From IMG/VR virus record IMGVR_UViG_3300020045_002676, positions 1 to 39,505 of that record: DNA of 39,505 nucleotides; one strand, given 5' to 3'. Position 1 is the first letter of the stretch. The number at the start of each line of letters is the position of its first letter. The notes under the pieces were generated by a model. The model made no database searches. It saw only the letters and a list, made by a program, of their open reading frames with translations, and was not told where the DNA came from. This DNA comes from a virus. Taxonomy: Duplodnaviria > Caudoviricetes. Both the position numbers and the translations under genes were made by a program. This document shows, piece after piece, positions 1-7,475 of this stretch.

Positions 1-48
1 AATGCAAACTGCTACCACCAACATAATTTTCTTAAGAAATTCCAACAT
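1..48 (-). CDS. 5' part of secreted ClpP/crotonase-like protein (paralog of 7476..7979), truncated by window edge
   Basis: Reads MLEFLKKIMLVVAVCI versus MLEFLKKILLVVAVCI at 7476; same AGGAG RBS. Confidence 0.85.
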   Translation of the reverse strand, partial: MLEFLKKIMLVVAVCI

Positions 49-58
49 TTCACATCTC

Positions 59-160
59 CTAATTCACTAGAGCAGATTTAAGAACAGAAATCCAAACAAG
101 GTTACTGATGAAAAACATAAACATCAATCCCCAAAATGCAAGCCAACCACCGTCACTCAT
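59..160 (-). CDS. Small membrane peptide (33 aa), paralog of 7364..7465
   Basis: Manually translated MSDGGWLAFWGLMFMFFISNLVWISVLKSALVN; ATGA overlap with upstream stop; conserved in both arms. Confidence 0.65.
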   Translation of the reverse strand: MSDGGWLAFWGLMFMFFISNLVWISVLKSALVN

Positions 161-348
161 GCGAAAGCCCCCAATTCAATTTGATATTTCACATCACCCG
201 GCTCCCAACCAGTGGCATAGCCACATGCCCTTACATCAATATCAGACAGTGGGATATTATGCTTAGCTGCAAACTCATTGATAGCATCAATAAGCTTTTC
301 AGCATCCCAATACGACTCCAGCGTTTCTTGTACAAATTTCTTACTCAT
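157..348 (-). CDS. Hypothetical phage protein (63 aa), paralog of 7176..7367
   Basis: 48/63 identical residues to the right-arm copy, mostly conservative changes. Confidence 0.85.
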   Translation of the reverse strand: MSKKFVQETLESYWDAEKLIDAINEFAAKHNIPLSDIDVRACGYATGWEPGDVKYQIELGAFA

Positions 349-722
349 AGTTTTGTCCTTGTGATATCAACACCAATAGAATAATATCCATTAGATGAAC
401 CAAACCAGCGGATATCTACATACCCCTTCACCGTTGCCAGTTTATAGAATGTCCATTCTTCTCGATCATTCTGGAAGCCATCAGGGTTAGGATCATCATA
501 ACAGGCTTCTTCAGCCATAGTGATGGGGCTTCCAATCAGGTCAGAAAAACTCCCTACAACACTCTCAATCCATACACTCTCACAACAATTTTGAGAATGA
601 TACATTCTATATCGATAACCATCATCCGTATCAAACAGGATTTCTTCACCATCATTACCATCGATTTGACCACAACTAATAAGTGTTTTACCAATCAAAT
701 CAGAAATATCAACATAACTCAT
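345..722 (-). CDS. Conserved phage protein of unknown function (QxCCE / WTFYKLAT / SNGYYS family)
   Basis: Motifs HSQNCCESV, WTFYKLATVKGYVDIRWFGSSNGYYS; paralog at 6496..6864. Confidence 0.85.
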   Translation of the reverse strand: MSYVDISDLIGKTLISCGQIDGNDGEEILFDTDDGYRYRMYHSQNCCESVWIESVVGSFSDLIGSPITMAEEACYDDPNPDGFQNDREEWTFYKLATVKGYVDIRWFGSSNGYYSIGVDITRTKL

Positions 723-870
723 TTTTAAACCCCTTCTTCATCACTTCTTCGTATGTCATATCCTTAGTGCGTCGGCAATAGGAATGATAGTCATCTTCCC
801 ACCTACCCTTCACCTTGAGGATGAAATAGCACAGATTAATCTTCTCTTGCTTGTCTTCAATCTTTCTCAT
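709..870 (-). CDS. Hypothetical protein (53 aa), paralog of 6348..6509
   Basis: Manual translation MRKIEDKQEKINLCYFILKVKGRWEDDYHSYCRRTKD...; frame and length conserved in both arms; below ORF-track cutoff. Confidence 0.75.
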   Translation of the reverse strand: MRKIEDKQEKINLCYFILKVKGRWEDDYHSYCRRTKDMTYEEVMKKGFKNELC

Positions 871-1238
871 TCGTCTGGCCCTCTATCACCATACCAAAAT
901 TCATAGCTAGCCAGCTGAGCTTCTAACTCTGTGATGAGTCGCTTATCAGACTCAATATGCTCGTCATAAGCTCGTTTGTAAACATCAATCTGTTCACCAC
1001 GGTTCTTCAACTCATGGAATGCTGAGATACTGGCCTTATCACCAATCAAATATTTACCATCCCAAGAGATGCCTGAGATATCCGTTGCATTAGCGTAAGG
1101 AAATAGAAACGCCTCTAGATGTTTGATCCTATCTCTTGCTTTGTTGAGGTCATTCTCAGCTTGTCTGAGCATAGTCTTATAAGCCACTGCTTCACAATGC
1201 CTAGCACAACCGGCCTGTCTATTTTGAATATCAGTCAT
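867..1238 (-). CDS. Hypothetical coiled-coil protein (123 aa), paralog of 5980..6351
   Basis: Near-identical N-terminal two thirds in both arms with synonymous nucleotide differences. Confidence 0.85.
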   Translation of the reverse strand: MTDIQNRQAGCARHCEAVAYKTMLRQAENDLNKARDRIKHLEAFLFPYANATDISGISWDGKYLIGDKASISAFHELKNRGEQIDVYKRAYDEHIESDKRLITELEAQLASYEFWYGDRGPDE

Positions 1239-1555
1239 CCGATATACTCCAATGCTGATCCGGGGTAAATCTGAACCGGCATAGATGGATGGGCGATTCC
1301 CGGCACCACAAGCTGAACGTCATAGCCATCCGGTGTCTGTTCGGTGCTGTAAAAGCCAACTACGCGGCCTTCCCACCATGATCCACTCTTCTTGCGGACG
1401 ATATCACCCATCTGGAATTTTTTATCGCCCGCTTCTAGTGCTGCATACAGAATACTCTCAACAACCTCTTCACGCTCATAGTCTGTCAAACCAGAACACC
1501 CACCTTCAACATAATGTCTGGCACCAGCTTTGACCATTTCATAGGTAATTTTCAT
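1235..1555 (-). CDS. DfrB/R67-type (type II, SH3-fold) dihydrofolate reductase homologue with N-terminal extension, 106 aa
   Basis: C-terminal FQMGDIVRKKSGSWWEGRVVGFYSTEQTPDGY...AHPSMPVQIYPGSALE aligns by eye to R67 DHFR [32 protein letters not shown]...AHPGSVQIYPVAALE; ATG at 1555 follows GAGG RBS. Confidence 0.85.
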   Translation of the reverse strand: MKITYEMVKAGARHYVEGGCSGLTDYEREEVVESILYAALEAGDKKFQMGDIVRKKSGSWWEGRVVGFYSTEQTPDGYDVQLVVPGIAHPSMPVQIYPGSALEYIG

Positions 1556-1562
1556 AACATCC

Positions 1563-2414
1563 TCACACAAATGGGTTAATCTTAGGTTTGTTAAATTTAT
1601 CCCAATCAACCATATAGGAGATGGGTTGTACATTTTCCATAGCGTTCCACACATCAATGTGTTCGAACTGTTCGAATTCCTCGGCACAGTCTTCCATGAC
1701 ATGAGCCATGAACTTCTTACCATCTACAAACATAGACAGAGATGTGACAACATCACGAGGATTGGTGAATTTCTTACTACCCTTGACTAGCTGTTCGATA
1801 AGCTCAACCCATCGAATAATGGCATCCATATCTTTTGTTGAACGCATGGCCCTAAACTCAAGGGAACCATACTTGTGGATGGCGTTGAGATTGATAGCGC
1901 CGTAACGGATATCATCCGTCTTTAGTTCCTTCCAAGCCTTAGTCTTACCCACTTTAATAAGGCGATAGATGACATCCTCAGCGTCAGTAGAGCGTAGGCA
2001 GAAGTGATTGCCTACACGAGTGGGACCAGCCCAATGACAGAAGTAGTCCTCAAGCATGTAGTATGTGACAATCAATGTCATAAATTCTACAGGAGTGAGA
2101 GATTGGATGTTGAGGTGGACATGAACACCAGCCCGAGGGCTTTCATCTACACGACTACCACATTCTTCATACTGTTCTTCCAGAATAGCTATGGCGTTCT
2201 TGGTATCTGCCATAGACAAAGGCTTACGAAAGACATATTCAGCACTCTCATCACCACGAAGAGAGCCATCAGCCTCCACCTTCCACAAACTGTCGAACTT
2301 AACGCTATTACCACTACGAGGAAGATCAAGTCCTTCTACTTCAATTTCTACACCAAATTCACCATCAGTCCTACCACATTGTAGTCCAAGAACGCCATAC
2401 ATATCTGCCATCAA
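1563..2414 (-). CDS. Putative amidoligase (COOH-NH2 ligase superfamily, amidoligase_2-like)
   Basis: FGVEIEVE, DGSLRG..AEYV, GVHVHLN, RYGAINL, GSLEFR motifs. Confidence 0.85.
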   Translation of the reverse strand: MMADMYGVLGLQCGRTDGEFGVEIEVEGLDLPRSGNSVKFDSLWKVEADGSLRGDESAEYVFRKPLSMADTKNAIAILEEQYEECGSRVDESPRAGVHVHLNIQSLTPVEFMTLIVTYYMLEDYFCHWAGPTRVGNHFCLRSTDAEDVIYRLIKVGKTKAWKELKTDDIRYGAINLNAIHKYGSLEFRAMRSTKDMDAIIRWVELIEQLVKGSKKFTNPRDVVTSLSMFVDGKKFMAHVMEDCAEEFEQFEHIDVWNAMENVQPISYMVDWDKFNKPKINPFV

Positions 2415-2968
2415 AGCACCTTTTTCAACCTATCTTCAACCCAAAAGAATTCATCCTTGAGTTTAAACTCTTTATTATTCCTATTGAGGAATTTACCCAC
2501 TGATCCGAAACCACGATAAATGATTTCTTCAGCGGAGTTGACAGCGAATGTCCTACACCACGCCAACATACCATCTTTTGGTTTCAAGTCTTCTAGTGGA
2601 GGGAACTCACCCTCCACAGTTTTAGCAATGTCCAGATTTGTAACCCAATGGATATAACCCTCCATATAAGCGAGGGTTGCTTGATTGATACGAAATCCCT
2701 GTCTCCAATCATTTCGTAATGGCTTACGAGAGATGTAAACCGACTTATGATTGTTATAGTTATTAACAAACCCAAGCTTGACTGGAGTTAGATCATAATT
2801 GGAAATGTCATCAGAAATTTCCTTGCCACTAAGGATTTCTGTTGATGCCACTTGTACAGACTTTCGGTATGATCGTACACTAGTTACGATCACAGCCTTA
2901 TCCATATGGGTGATGATTGTATCAAACAATCTCCCCTTGATGTACGCTACGTCATCTATTGCAAACAT
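2411..2968 (-). CDS. Hypothetical protein in amidoligase cluster (185 aa), paralog of 4570..5127
   Basis: Conserved LGFVNNY, SRKPLRNDWRQG motifs in both copies; translationally coupled to the amidoligase. Confidence 0.85.
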   Translation of the reverse strand: MFAIDDVAYIKGRLFDTIITHMDKAVIVTSVRSYRKSVQVASTEILSGKEISDDISNYDLTPVKLGFVNNYNNHKSVYISRKPLRNDWRQGFRINQATLAYMEGYIHWVTNLDIAKTVEGEFPPLEDLKPKDGMLAWCRTFAVNSAEEIIYRGFGSVGKFLNRNNKEFKLKDEFFWVEDRLKKVL

Positions 2969-2977
2969 ATTGCACCC

Positions 2978-4153
2978 TTAACCTACATCATCCATATCAT
3001 CTTCTGCGGCCCAATCGAATTCGTCTTCGTCATCATCGATCTCGACATCATCTTCTTCATCAGCAAGCTCATCAATATCATCTCGGAAGATCACTTCTGC
3101 CGCTCCGGCCCCAATGATACCACCCCATGGTGCAACATCAGCGATGACAGGTGGATTGACTACATTCCATCCGATAGCCTGTTGAAATTCTGCTGGAATA
3201 ACATAACGTTCAATAAGAGGCTTAGGCATATTTATATCGGTATTCAACAACGGATCATCAATCCCCGCACGGGCACACCAATAGTCGACTAAATCATCGA
3301 GATTTGCCATCTCGACACGCTTACCACCATACGTACTCAGTGTAGCATAGTCATAGGCCACCTTAGTATGCTGACCTTTGTCGACCATAGCAACTATGTT
3401 CTGGTAATATTCATTTTCATAGTCTTGATGGCCGTTCATCAGTCTGTTGAAGGCATTGTAAGCCATAGTAAACATACTCTGGATAGAAGCAGTGTTCCTG
3501 AGCCAAACATTGGAGGGAGAACGATATTCCATACCGTATGGCTTGGGACGAAATGCTCCAGCCTTACCATACAGCTTACGACGTTCATATCCATCCTTAC
3601 CTTCGGTCACAAAGATGGAGCCAAGCATGCTCACGTCCAATTGCTTAGCCATCATACAACATGCTTCGATATGTTCAGGATCATTGATATCATAGTCACT
3701 ACCCCAACCGAGATGAATGTGACCAGAGGCTGTACGGAATGGCATATCAGCATCAGGGATGGGATTTTCTGCACCATCAAGCCATGCGTTATAATCAGGG
3801 GTACAGCCGAGGATACGATTTTCCAAAGGCTGAGCAGCAATCATTTCAGCCCCAAAATCAGCCACTGGATTGTATACAAATTCAAACTTAAGGTCGTGAT
3901 TAAGGGCCTTAATAACATCACGAAGCTGAGCAAGCACAGCCAAATTCTTGGCCACAAACTCGTTAGCATTCGAGCAAGGGTCGATGTTATATTCAGCAGC
4001 CATGCCATCAACCTGAATGGCACCATGCATGACAGCAAAAGGTTCCTGCTTAGTGCCGGGAAAGAGGCCGGCTGCCGAAATAAGCTTCTTAGTCTTAGGG
4101 TCACGAAGGAATACTTCGGGATCAGCACCAATAGTCAACTTTACCATTTTCAT
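2978..4153 (-). CDS. phiEco32-like COOH.NH2 ligase type 2 with acidic C-terminal tail
   Basis: IGADPEVF, QVDGMAAEYN, GCTPDYNAW, RTASGHIHLG, RRKLYGKAGAFRPKPYGMEYRSPSNVW motifs. Confidence 0.88.
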   Translation of the reverse strand: MKMVKLTIGADPEVFLRDPKTKKLISAAGLFPGTKQEPFAVMHGAIQVDGMAAEYNIDPCSNANEFVAKNLAVLAQLRDVIKALNHDLKFEFVYNPVADFGAEMIAAQPLENRILGCTPDYNAWLDGAENPIPDADMPFRTASGHIHLGWGSDYDINDPEHIEACCMMAKQLDVSMLGSIFVTEGKDGYERRKLYGKAGAFRPKPYGMEYRSPSNVWLRNTASIQSMFTMAYNAFNRLMNGHQDYENEYYQNIVAMVDKGQHTKVAYDYATLSTYGGKRVEMANLDDLVDYWCARAGIDDPLLNTDINMPKPLIERYVIPAEFQQAIGWNVVNPPVIADVAPWGGIIGAGAAEVIFRDDIDELADEEDDVEIDDDEDEFDWAAEDDMDDVG

Positions 4154-4172
4154 CTCTCTTGTCTAGGTTAGA

Positions 4173-4529
4173 TTAGTACGCTTGCTTCAGATACGTTGTA
4201 ACATAGTCGTCCTTTGAACATTCGGAACATACGAATGTATCACGGGCAACCCACATTGTGGCTTGGGCCTCTTCAACTTCAGGCACTGTTCCACACCATG
4301 CACAGCCACATCTAACAGCTTGCAGCCATTCCTTGGTGTTAAGGCTGCGGCCCATATACCCATCAAACAATGATTGTTTAACAGACTTATGTCCAAACAA
4401 TGTGTTAGCTTCTTCAGACTCACTCCCATTCATGGTCATCGATACATTGATAGTATCAACATGCAATAGAATGTAGAAACTGCCTCTAAACACCTTTACA
4501 TTCTTAATCTTGGCGTAGAAGATTTCTTC
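4173..4529 (-). pseudogene. 3' fragment of a larger gene with Cys4 (CAWC...CSEC) C-terminus, possibly the cluster's glutamine amidotransferase; 5' part lost at the junction
   Basis: The first ~33 residues of ORF 4173..4628 are only the antisense of the + strand arm; the remainder reads as protein and ends just before the ligase RBS. GATase identity is inferred from position only. Confidence 0.55.
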
Positions 4530-4568
4530 AATGAAGACGACGATATGGATGATGTGTTTGAGGTGTGA
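4515..4568 (+). pseudogene. C-terminal remnant of a second COOH.NH2 ligase gene
   Basis: Reads (VEDFF)NEDDDMDDVFEV*, matching the acidic end ...EDDMDDVG* of 2978..4153, in the same position just upstream of the 185aa gene. Confidence 0.7.
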
Positions 4569-4569
4569 T

Positions 4570-5127
4570 ATGTTTGCAACAGATGATATAGCATATGTGA
4601 AGGGTAGATTGTTCGATACAATCATCACTCATATGAACAAAGCTGTCTTGGTGACTGGAGTGAGAACACTCAAAAAGTCTATCCAAGTGTCAGCAATAGA
4701 AGTGCTTAGCGAGAAAGAAATCGCTGATGATATTTCTAATTATGATTTAACCCCTGTCAAGCTGGGGTTTGTCAACAACTATGAATTAACGCAATCAGTT
4801 TACGTTTCTCGTAAACCTTTGAGGAATGATTGGAGGCAGGGGTTCAGACTTCCCCAATGTTCAATCATTCACAACTATAAGTATATGCCATTGATCACGA
4901 ACAAGGATGTGGCAAAGACTGTTGAAGGGTTGTTCCCAACCCTTGATGAGTTGAACCCTGTCAACGGTATGTTGGCATGGTGTAGAACATTCGCCCTCAA
5001 TTCGAATGAAGAAATTATCTATCGTGGTTTCGGTAAGGTGGGTAAATTTCTCAATCGTAAAGATAGGGAATTTAAATTGGAAGATGAATTCTTCTGGGTA
5101 GAAGATAGGCTTAAAAAGGTGCTTTGA
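4570..5127 (+). CDS. Hypothetical protein in amidoligase cluster (185 aa)
   Basis: Start reassigned to ATG 4570 (GAGGTG RBS; matches paralog N-terminus MFAxDD). Confidence 0.85.
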   Translation: MFATDDIAYVKGRLFDTIITHMNKAVLVTGVRTLKKSIQVSAIEVLSEKEIADDISNYDLTPVKLGFVNNYELTQSVYVSRKPLRNDWRQGFRLPQCSIIHNYKYMPLITNKDVAKTVEGLFPTLDELNPVNGMLAWCRTFALNSNEEIIYRGFGKVGKFLNRKDREFKLEDEFFWVEDRLKKVL

Positions 5128-5972
5128 TGGCAGATATGTATGACGTTCTTGGTCTAACTTGTGGCAGGACTGATGGTAGTTTCGGTGTGGAGATTGAAGT
5201 TGAAGGGCTTGATCTCCCTCGTGGTGGCACTAAAAAGTTTGACACACTATGGCGAGTAGAGGCTGATGGTTCACTGCGTGGTGATGAAAATGCTGAGTAT
5301 GTGTTCCGTAAACCTCTAAACATAGAGGATACCAAGAACGCCATCGCCATCTTGGAAGAACAATATATTGAATGTGGTAGTAGGGTGGATGAAAGCCCAA
5401 GGGCTGGTGTCCATATTCATCTAAACATTCAGTCACTCACTCCAACTGAATTCATGACATTGATTGTCACATACTATATGCTCGAAGACTATTTCTGTCA
5501 TTGGGCTGGACCAACTCGTGTAGGCAATCACTTCTGCCTACGCTCCACTGACGCTGAAGATGTCATCTATCGGCTCGTTAAAGCGTGCAAGACTAAGGGT
5601 TGGAAGGAACTGAAGACGGATGAAATCCGTTATGCAGCTATCAACCTGAATGCCATTCATAAGTATGGATCACTAGAATTTAGGGCTATGCGTTCAACCA
5701 AGGATATGGGTGCCATTGTCAGATGGGTTGAATTGATTGACCAGCTCGTTAAGGGCAGTAAGAAATTTACCAATCCTCGTGATGTTGTTACATCATTGTC
5801 AATGTTCCTTGATGGTAAGAAGTTCATGGCTCATGTTATGGAGGATTACGCCAAGGAATTCGAACAGTTCGAACACATTGATGTGTGGAACGCTATGGAA
5901 AATGTTCAACCCATCTCCTATATGGTTGATTGGGCAAAGTTTGATAAACCTAAAGTTAACCCGTTCCTGTGA
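5124..5972 (+). CDS. Putative amidoligase
   Basis: FGVEIEVE, DGSLRG, GVHIHLN, RYAAINL, GSLEFR; paralog of 1563..2414. Confidence 0.85.
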   Translation: MMADMYDVLGLTCGRTDGSFGVEIEVEGLDLPRGGTKKFDTLWRVEADGSLRGDENAEYVFRKPLNIEDTKNAIAILEEQYIECGSRVDESPRAGVHIHLNIQSLTPTEFMTLIVTYYMLEDYFCHWAGPTRVGNHFCLRSTDAEDVIYRLVKACKTKGWKELKTDEIRYAAINLNAIHKYGSLEFRAMRSTKDMGAIVRWVELIDQLVKGSKKFTNPRDVVTSLSMFLDGKKFMAHVMEDYAKEFEQFEHIDVWNAMENVQPISYMVDWAKFDKPKVNPFL

Positions 5973-5979
5973 GGATGAT

Positions 5980-6351
5980 ATGACTGATATTGAAAATAGA
6001 CAGGCTGGTTGTGCTAGACATTGTGAGGCGGTGGCTTATAAAACGATGCTCAGACAAGCTGAGAATGACCTTAATAAGGCGAGGGAGAGGATTAAACATC
6101 TAGAAGCGTTTCTATTCCCATACGCCAATGCAACAGATATCTCTGGTATCTCATGGGATGGGAAATATCTTATCGGTGACAAGGCCAGTATCTCAGCGTT
6201 CCACGAGTTGAAGAACCGTGGTGAGCAGATCGATGTTTACAAACGAGCTTATGACCAACATGAAGAAGTTTATAAACAACGCATCATTGAACTAGAGGCT
6301 GAGCTAGTTAGTTATGAATTTTGGTATGGTGATAGAGGACCAGACGAATGA
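5980..6351 (+). CDS. Hypothetical coiled-coil protein (123 aa)
   Basis: Start at ATG 5980 after GAGG; matches paralog 867..1238. Confidence 0.85.
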   Translation: MTDIENRQAGCARHCEAVAYKTMLRQAENDLNKARERIKHLEAFLFPYANATDISGISWDGKYLIGDKASISAFHELKNRGEQIDVYKRAYDQHEEVYKQRIIELEAELVSYEFWYGDRGPDE

Positions 6352-6509
6352 GAAAGAATGAAGACAAGCAAGAAAAAATTAACCTATGCTATTTCATTCT
6401 CAAGATGAAGGGCAAGTGGGAAGATGACTATCATTCTTATTGCAAACGCACTAAGGACATGTCTTACGAAGAAGTGATGAAGAAAGGGTTTAAGAATGGA
6501 TTACGTTGA
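6348..6509 (+). CDS. Hypothetical protein (53 aa)
   Basis: Manual translation MRKNEDKQEKINLCYFILKMKGKWEDDYHSYCKRTKDMSYEEVMKKGFKNGLR; conserved in left arm. Confidence 0.75.
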   Translation: MRKNEDKQEKINLCYFILKMKGKWEDDYHSYCKRTKDMSYEEVMKKGFKNGLR

Positions 6510-6864
6510 TATTTCTGATTTGATGGGTAAGACACTAACCAAGTGTGCTGCAACAGATGATGGTATTATTTTTGAAACAGAAGACGGCTATCGGTATCAT
6601 ATGCATCATTGGCAGGATTGTTGTGAGAGTGTTTATATCGAAGATATCTGTGGATCACTGTCTGATCTGGTGGGGACACCTATTACTATGGCAGAAGAGT
6701 CCACAAATTGTGACATGCCATCACCAGACGGTTATGATGACGACTCTCAAATGTGGACATTTTATAAGTTGGCCACTATTAAGGGGTATGTAGATATTCG
6801 TTGGTTTGGCTCATCTAATGGATACTATTCTGTTAGTGTCTCTTTGGACAAAAAGGAAATGTAA
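6496..6864 (+). CDS. Conserved phage protein (QDCCE / WTFYKLAT / SNGYYS family)
   Basis: HWQDCCESV and WTFYKLATIKGYVDIRWFGSSNGYYS motifs. Confidence 0.85.
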   Translation: MDYVDISDLMGKTLTKCAATDDGIIFETEDGYRYHMHHWQDCCESVYIEDICGSLSDLVGTPITMAEESTNCDMPSPDGYDDDSQMWTFYKLATIKGYVDIRWFGSSNGYYSVSVSLDKKEM

Positions 6865-6866
6865 CG

Positions 6867-6935
6867 ATGAGCTTTCTCAAATATCCACATCTTGAGCGTC
6901 TTGGCTCATCTGAAGTGCAAGACATTCTCCTTTAA
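6867..6935 (+). pseudogene. Possible 5' remnant of a phage RNA-ligase-family gene
   Basis: 22-codon ORF MSFLKYPHLERLGSSEVQDILL* after AAGGA RBS; resembles the F.KY.H.ERLG..EV..IL N-terminus I recall for phage RNA-ligase-like proteins. Confidence 0.4.
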
Positions 6936-6996
6936 TTATGGGGATTGTTCTTCTCTCTGCTGTAGTTTTTAAGTTGATCTGACAAAAGGTAATAGT

Positions 6997-7179
6997 ATGA
7001 AAATCTATATATTAAAGGGCCGTCAACAGTATTGTGAAGAAGCAGACGTTATCGACGTGTTTATCTTCAAGAGTGATGCCGAAACAGAGAGTGAAAAACG
7101 TAAATCAGAACAAGATTATGAGAATGACGAAGTGGCAATAACTTGGTATTGGGTTGAGGAATTGGAGATTGGGCTATGA
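6997..7179 (+). CDS. Small acidic hypothetical protein (60 aa), right arm only
   Basis: AAGGT RBS; ATGA coupling to next gene. Confidence 0.75.
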   Translation: MKIYILKGRQQYCEEADVIDVFIFKSDAETESEKRKSEQDYENDEVAITWYWVEELEIGL

Positions 7180-7367
7180 GTAAGAAATTTGTACAAGAAA
7201 CAATTTCAGCATATTGGAATGCTGAAAAGCTGATTGATAAAATCAATGAGTTCGCAGCTAAGCATAATATCTCCATCTCTGAAATTGAAGTAAAGGCATG
7301 TGGTTATGCCCTTAGTTGGGAGCCGGGTGATGTGCAATATGAAATTGAATTGGAGGCTTTCGCATGA
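7176..7367 (+). CDS. Hypothetical protein (63 aa)
   Basis: GGAG RBS; paralog at 157..348. Confidence 0.85.
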   Translation: MSKKFVQETISAYWNAEKLIDKINEFAAKHNISISEIEVKACGYALSWEPGDVQYEIELEAFA

Positions 7368-7465
7368 GTGACGGTGGTTGGCTTGCATTTTGGGGATTGA
7401 TGTTTATGTTTTTCATCAGTAACCTTGTTTGGATTGCTGTTCTTAAATCTGCTCTAGTGAATTAG
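7364..7465 (+). CDS. Small membrane peptide (33 aa)
   Basis: MSDGGWLAFWGLMFMFFISNLVWIAVLKSALVN; GGAGG RBS; single hydrophobic segment. Confidence 0.65.
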   Translation: MSDGGWLAFWGLMFMFFISNLVWIAVLKSALVN

Positions 7466-7475
7466 GAGATGTGAA

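Larger units (their letters stand above)
1..3000 (-). repeat. Left arm of a large diverged inverted duplication (homologous to ~4535-7523)
   Basis: Reverse complement of 1-160 matches 7364-7523 with about 4 substitutions; the same gene series (185aa, amidoligase, 123aa, 53aa, 122-125aa, 63aa, 33aa, start of 167aa) occurs in both arms in opposite orientation. Confidence 0.95.

Noticed and set aside
1556-1723. N-terminal extensions of ORFs 1235..1723 and 5737..6351
   Set aside because: Out-of-frame overlap with the amidoligase 3' end; RBS-supported starts are at 1555 and 5980
3368-4171. 267 aa + strand ORF (similarly 23977..24816 and 20599..21216)
   Set aside because: Antisense to well-supported genes, shadow-type composition, against local transcription direction
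4173-4628. 151 aa ORF as an intact gene
   Set aside because: Its N-terminus is the antisense of the other arm; it crosses the inversion junction
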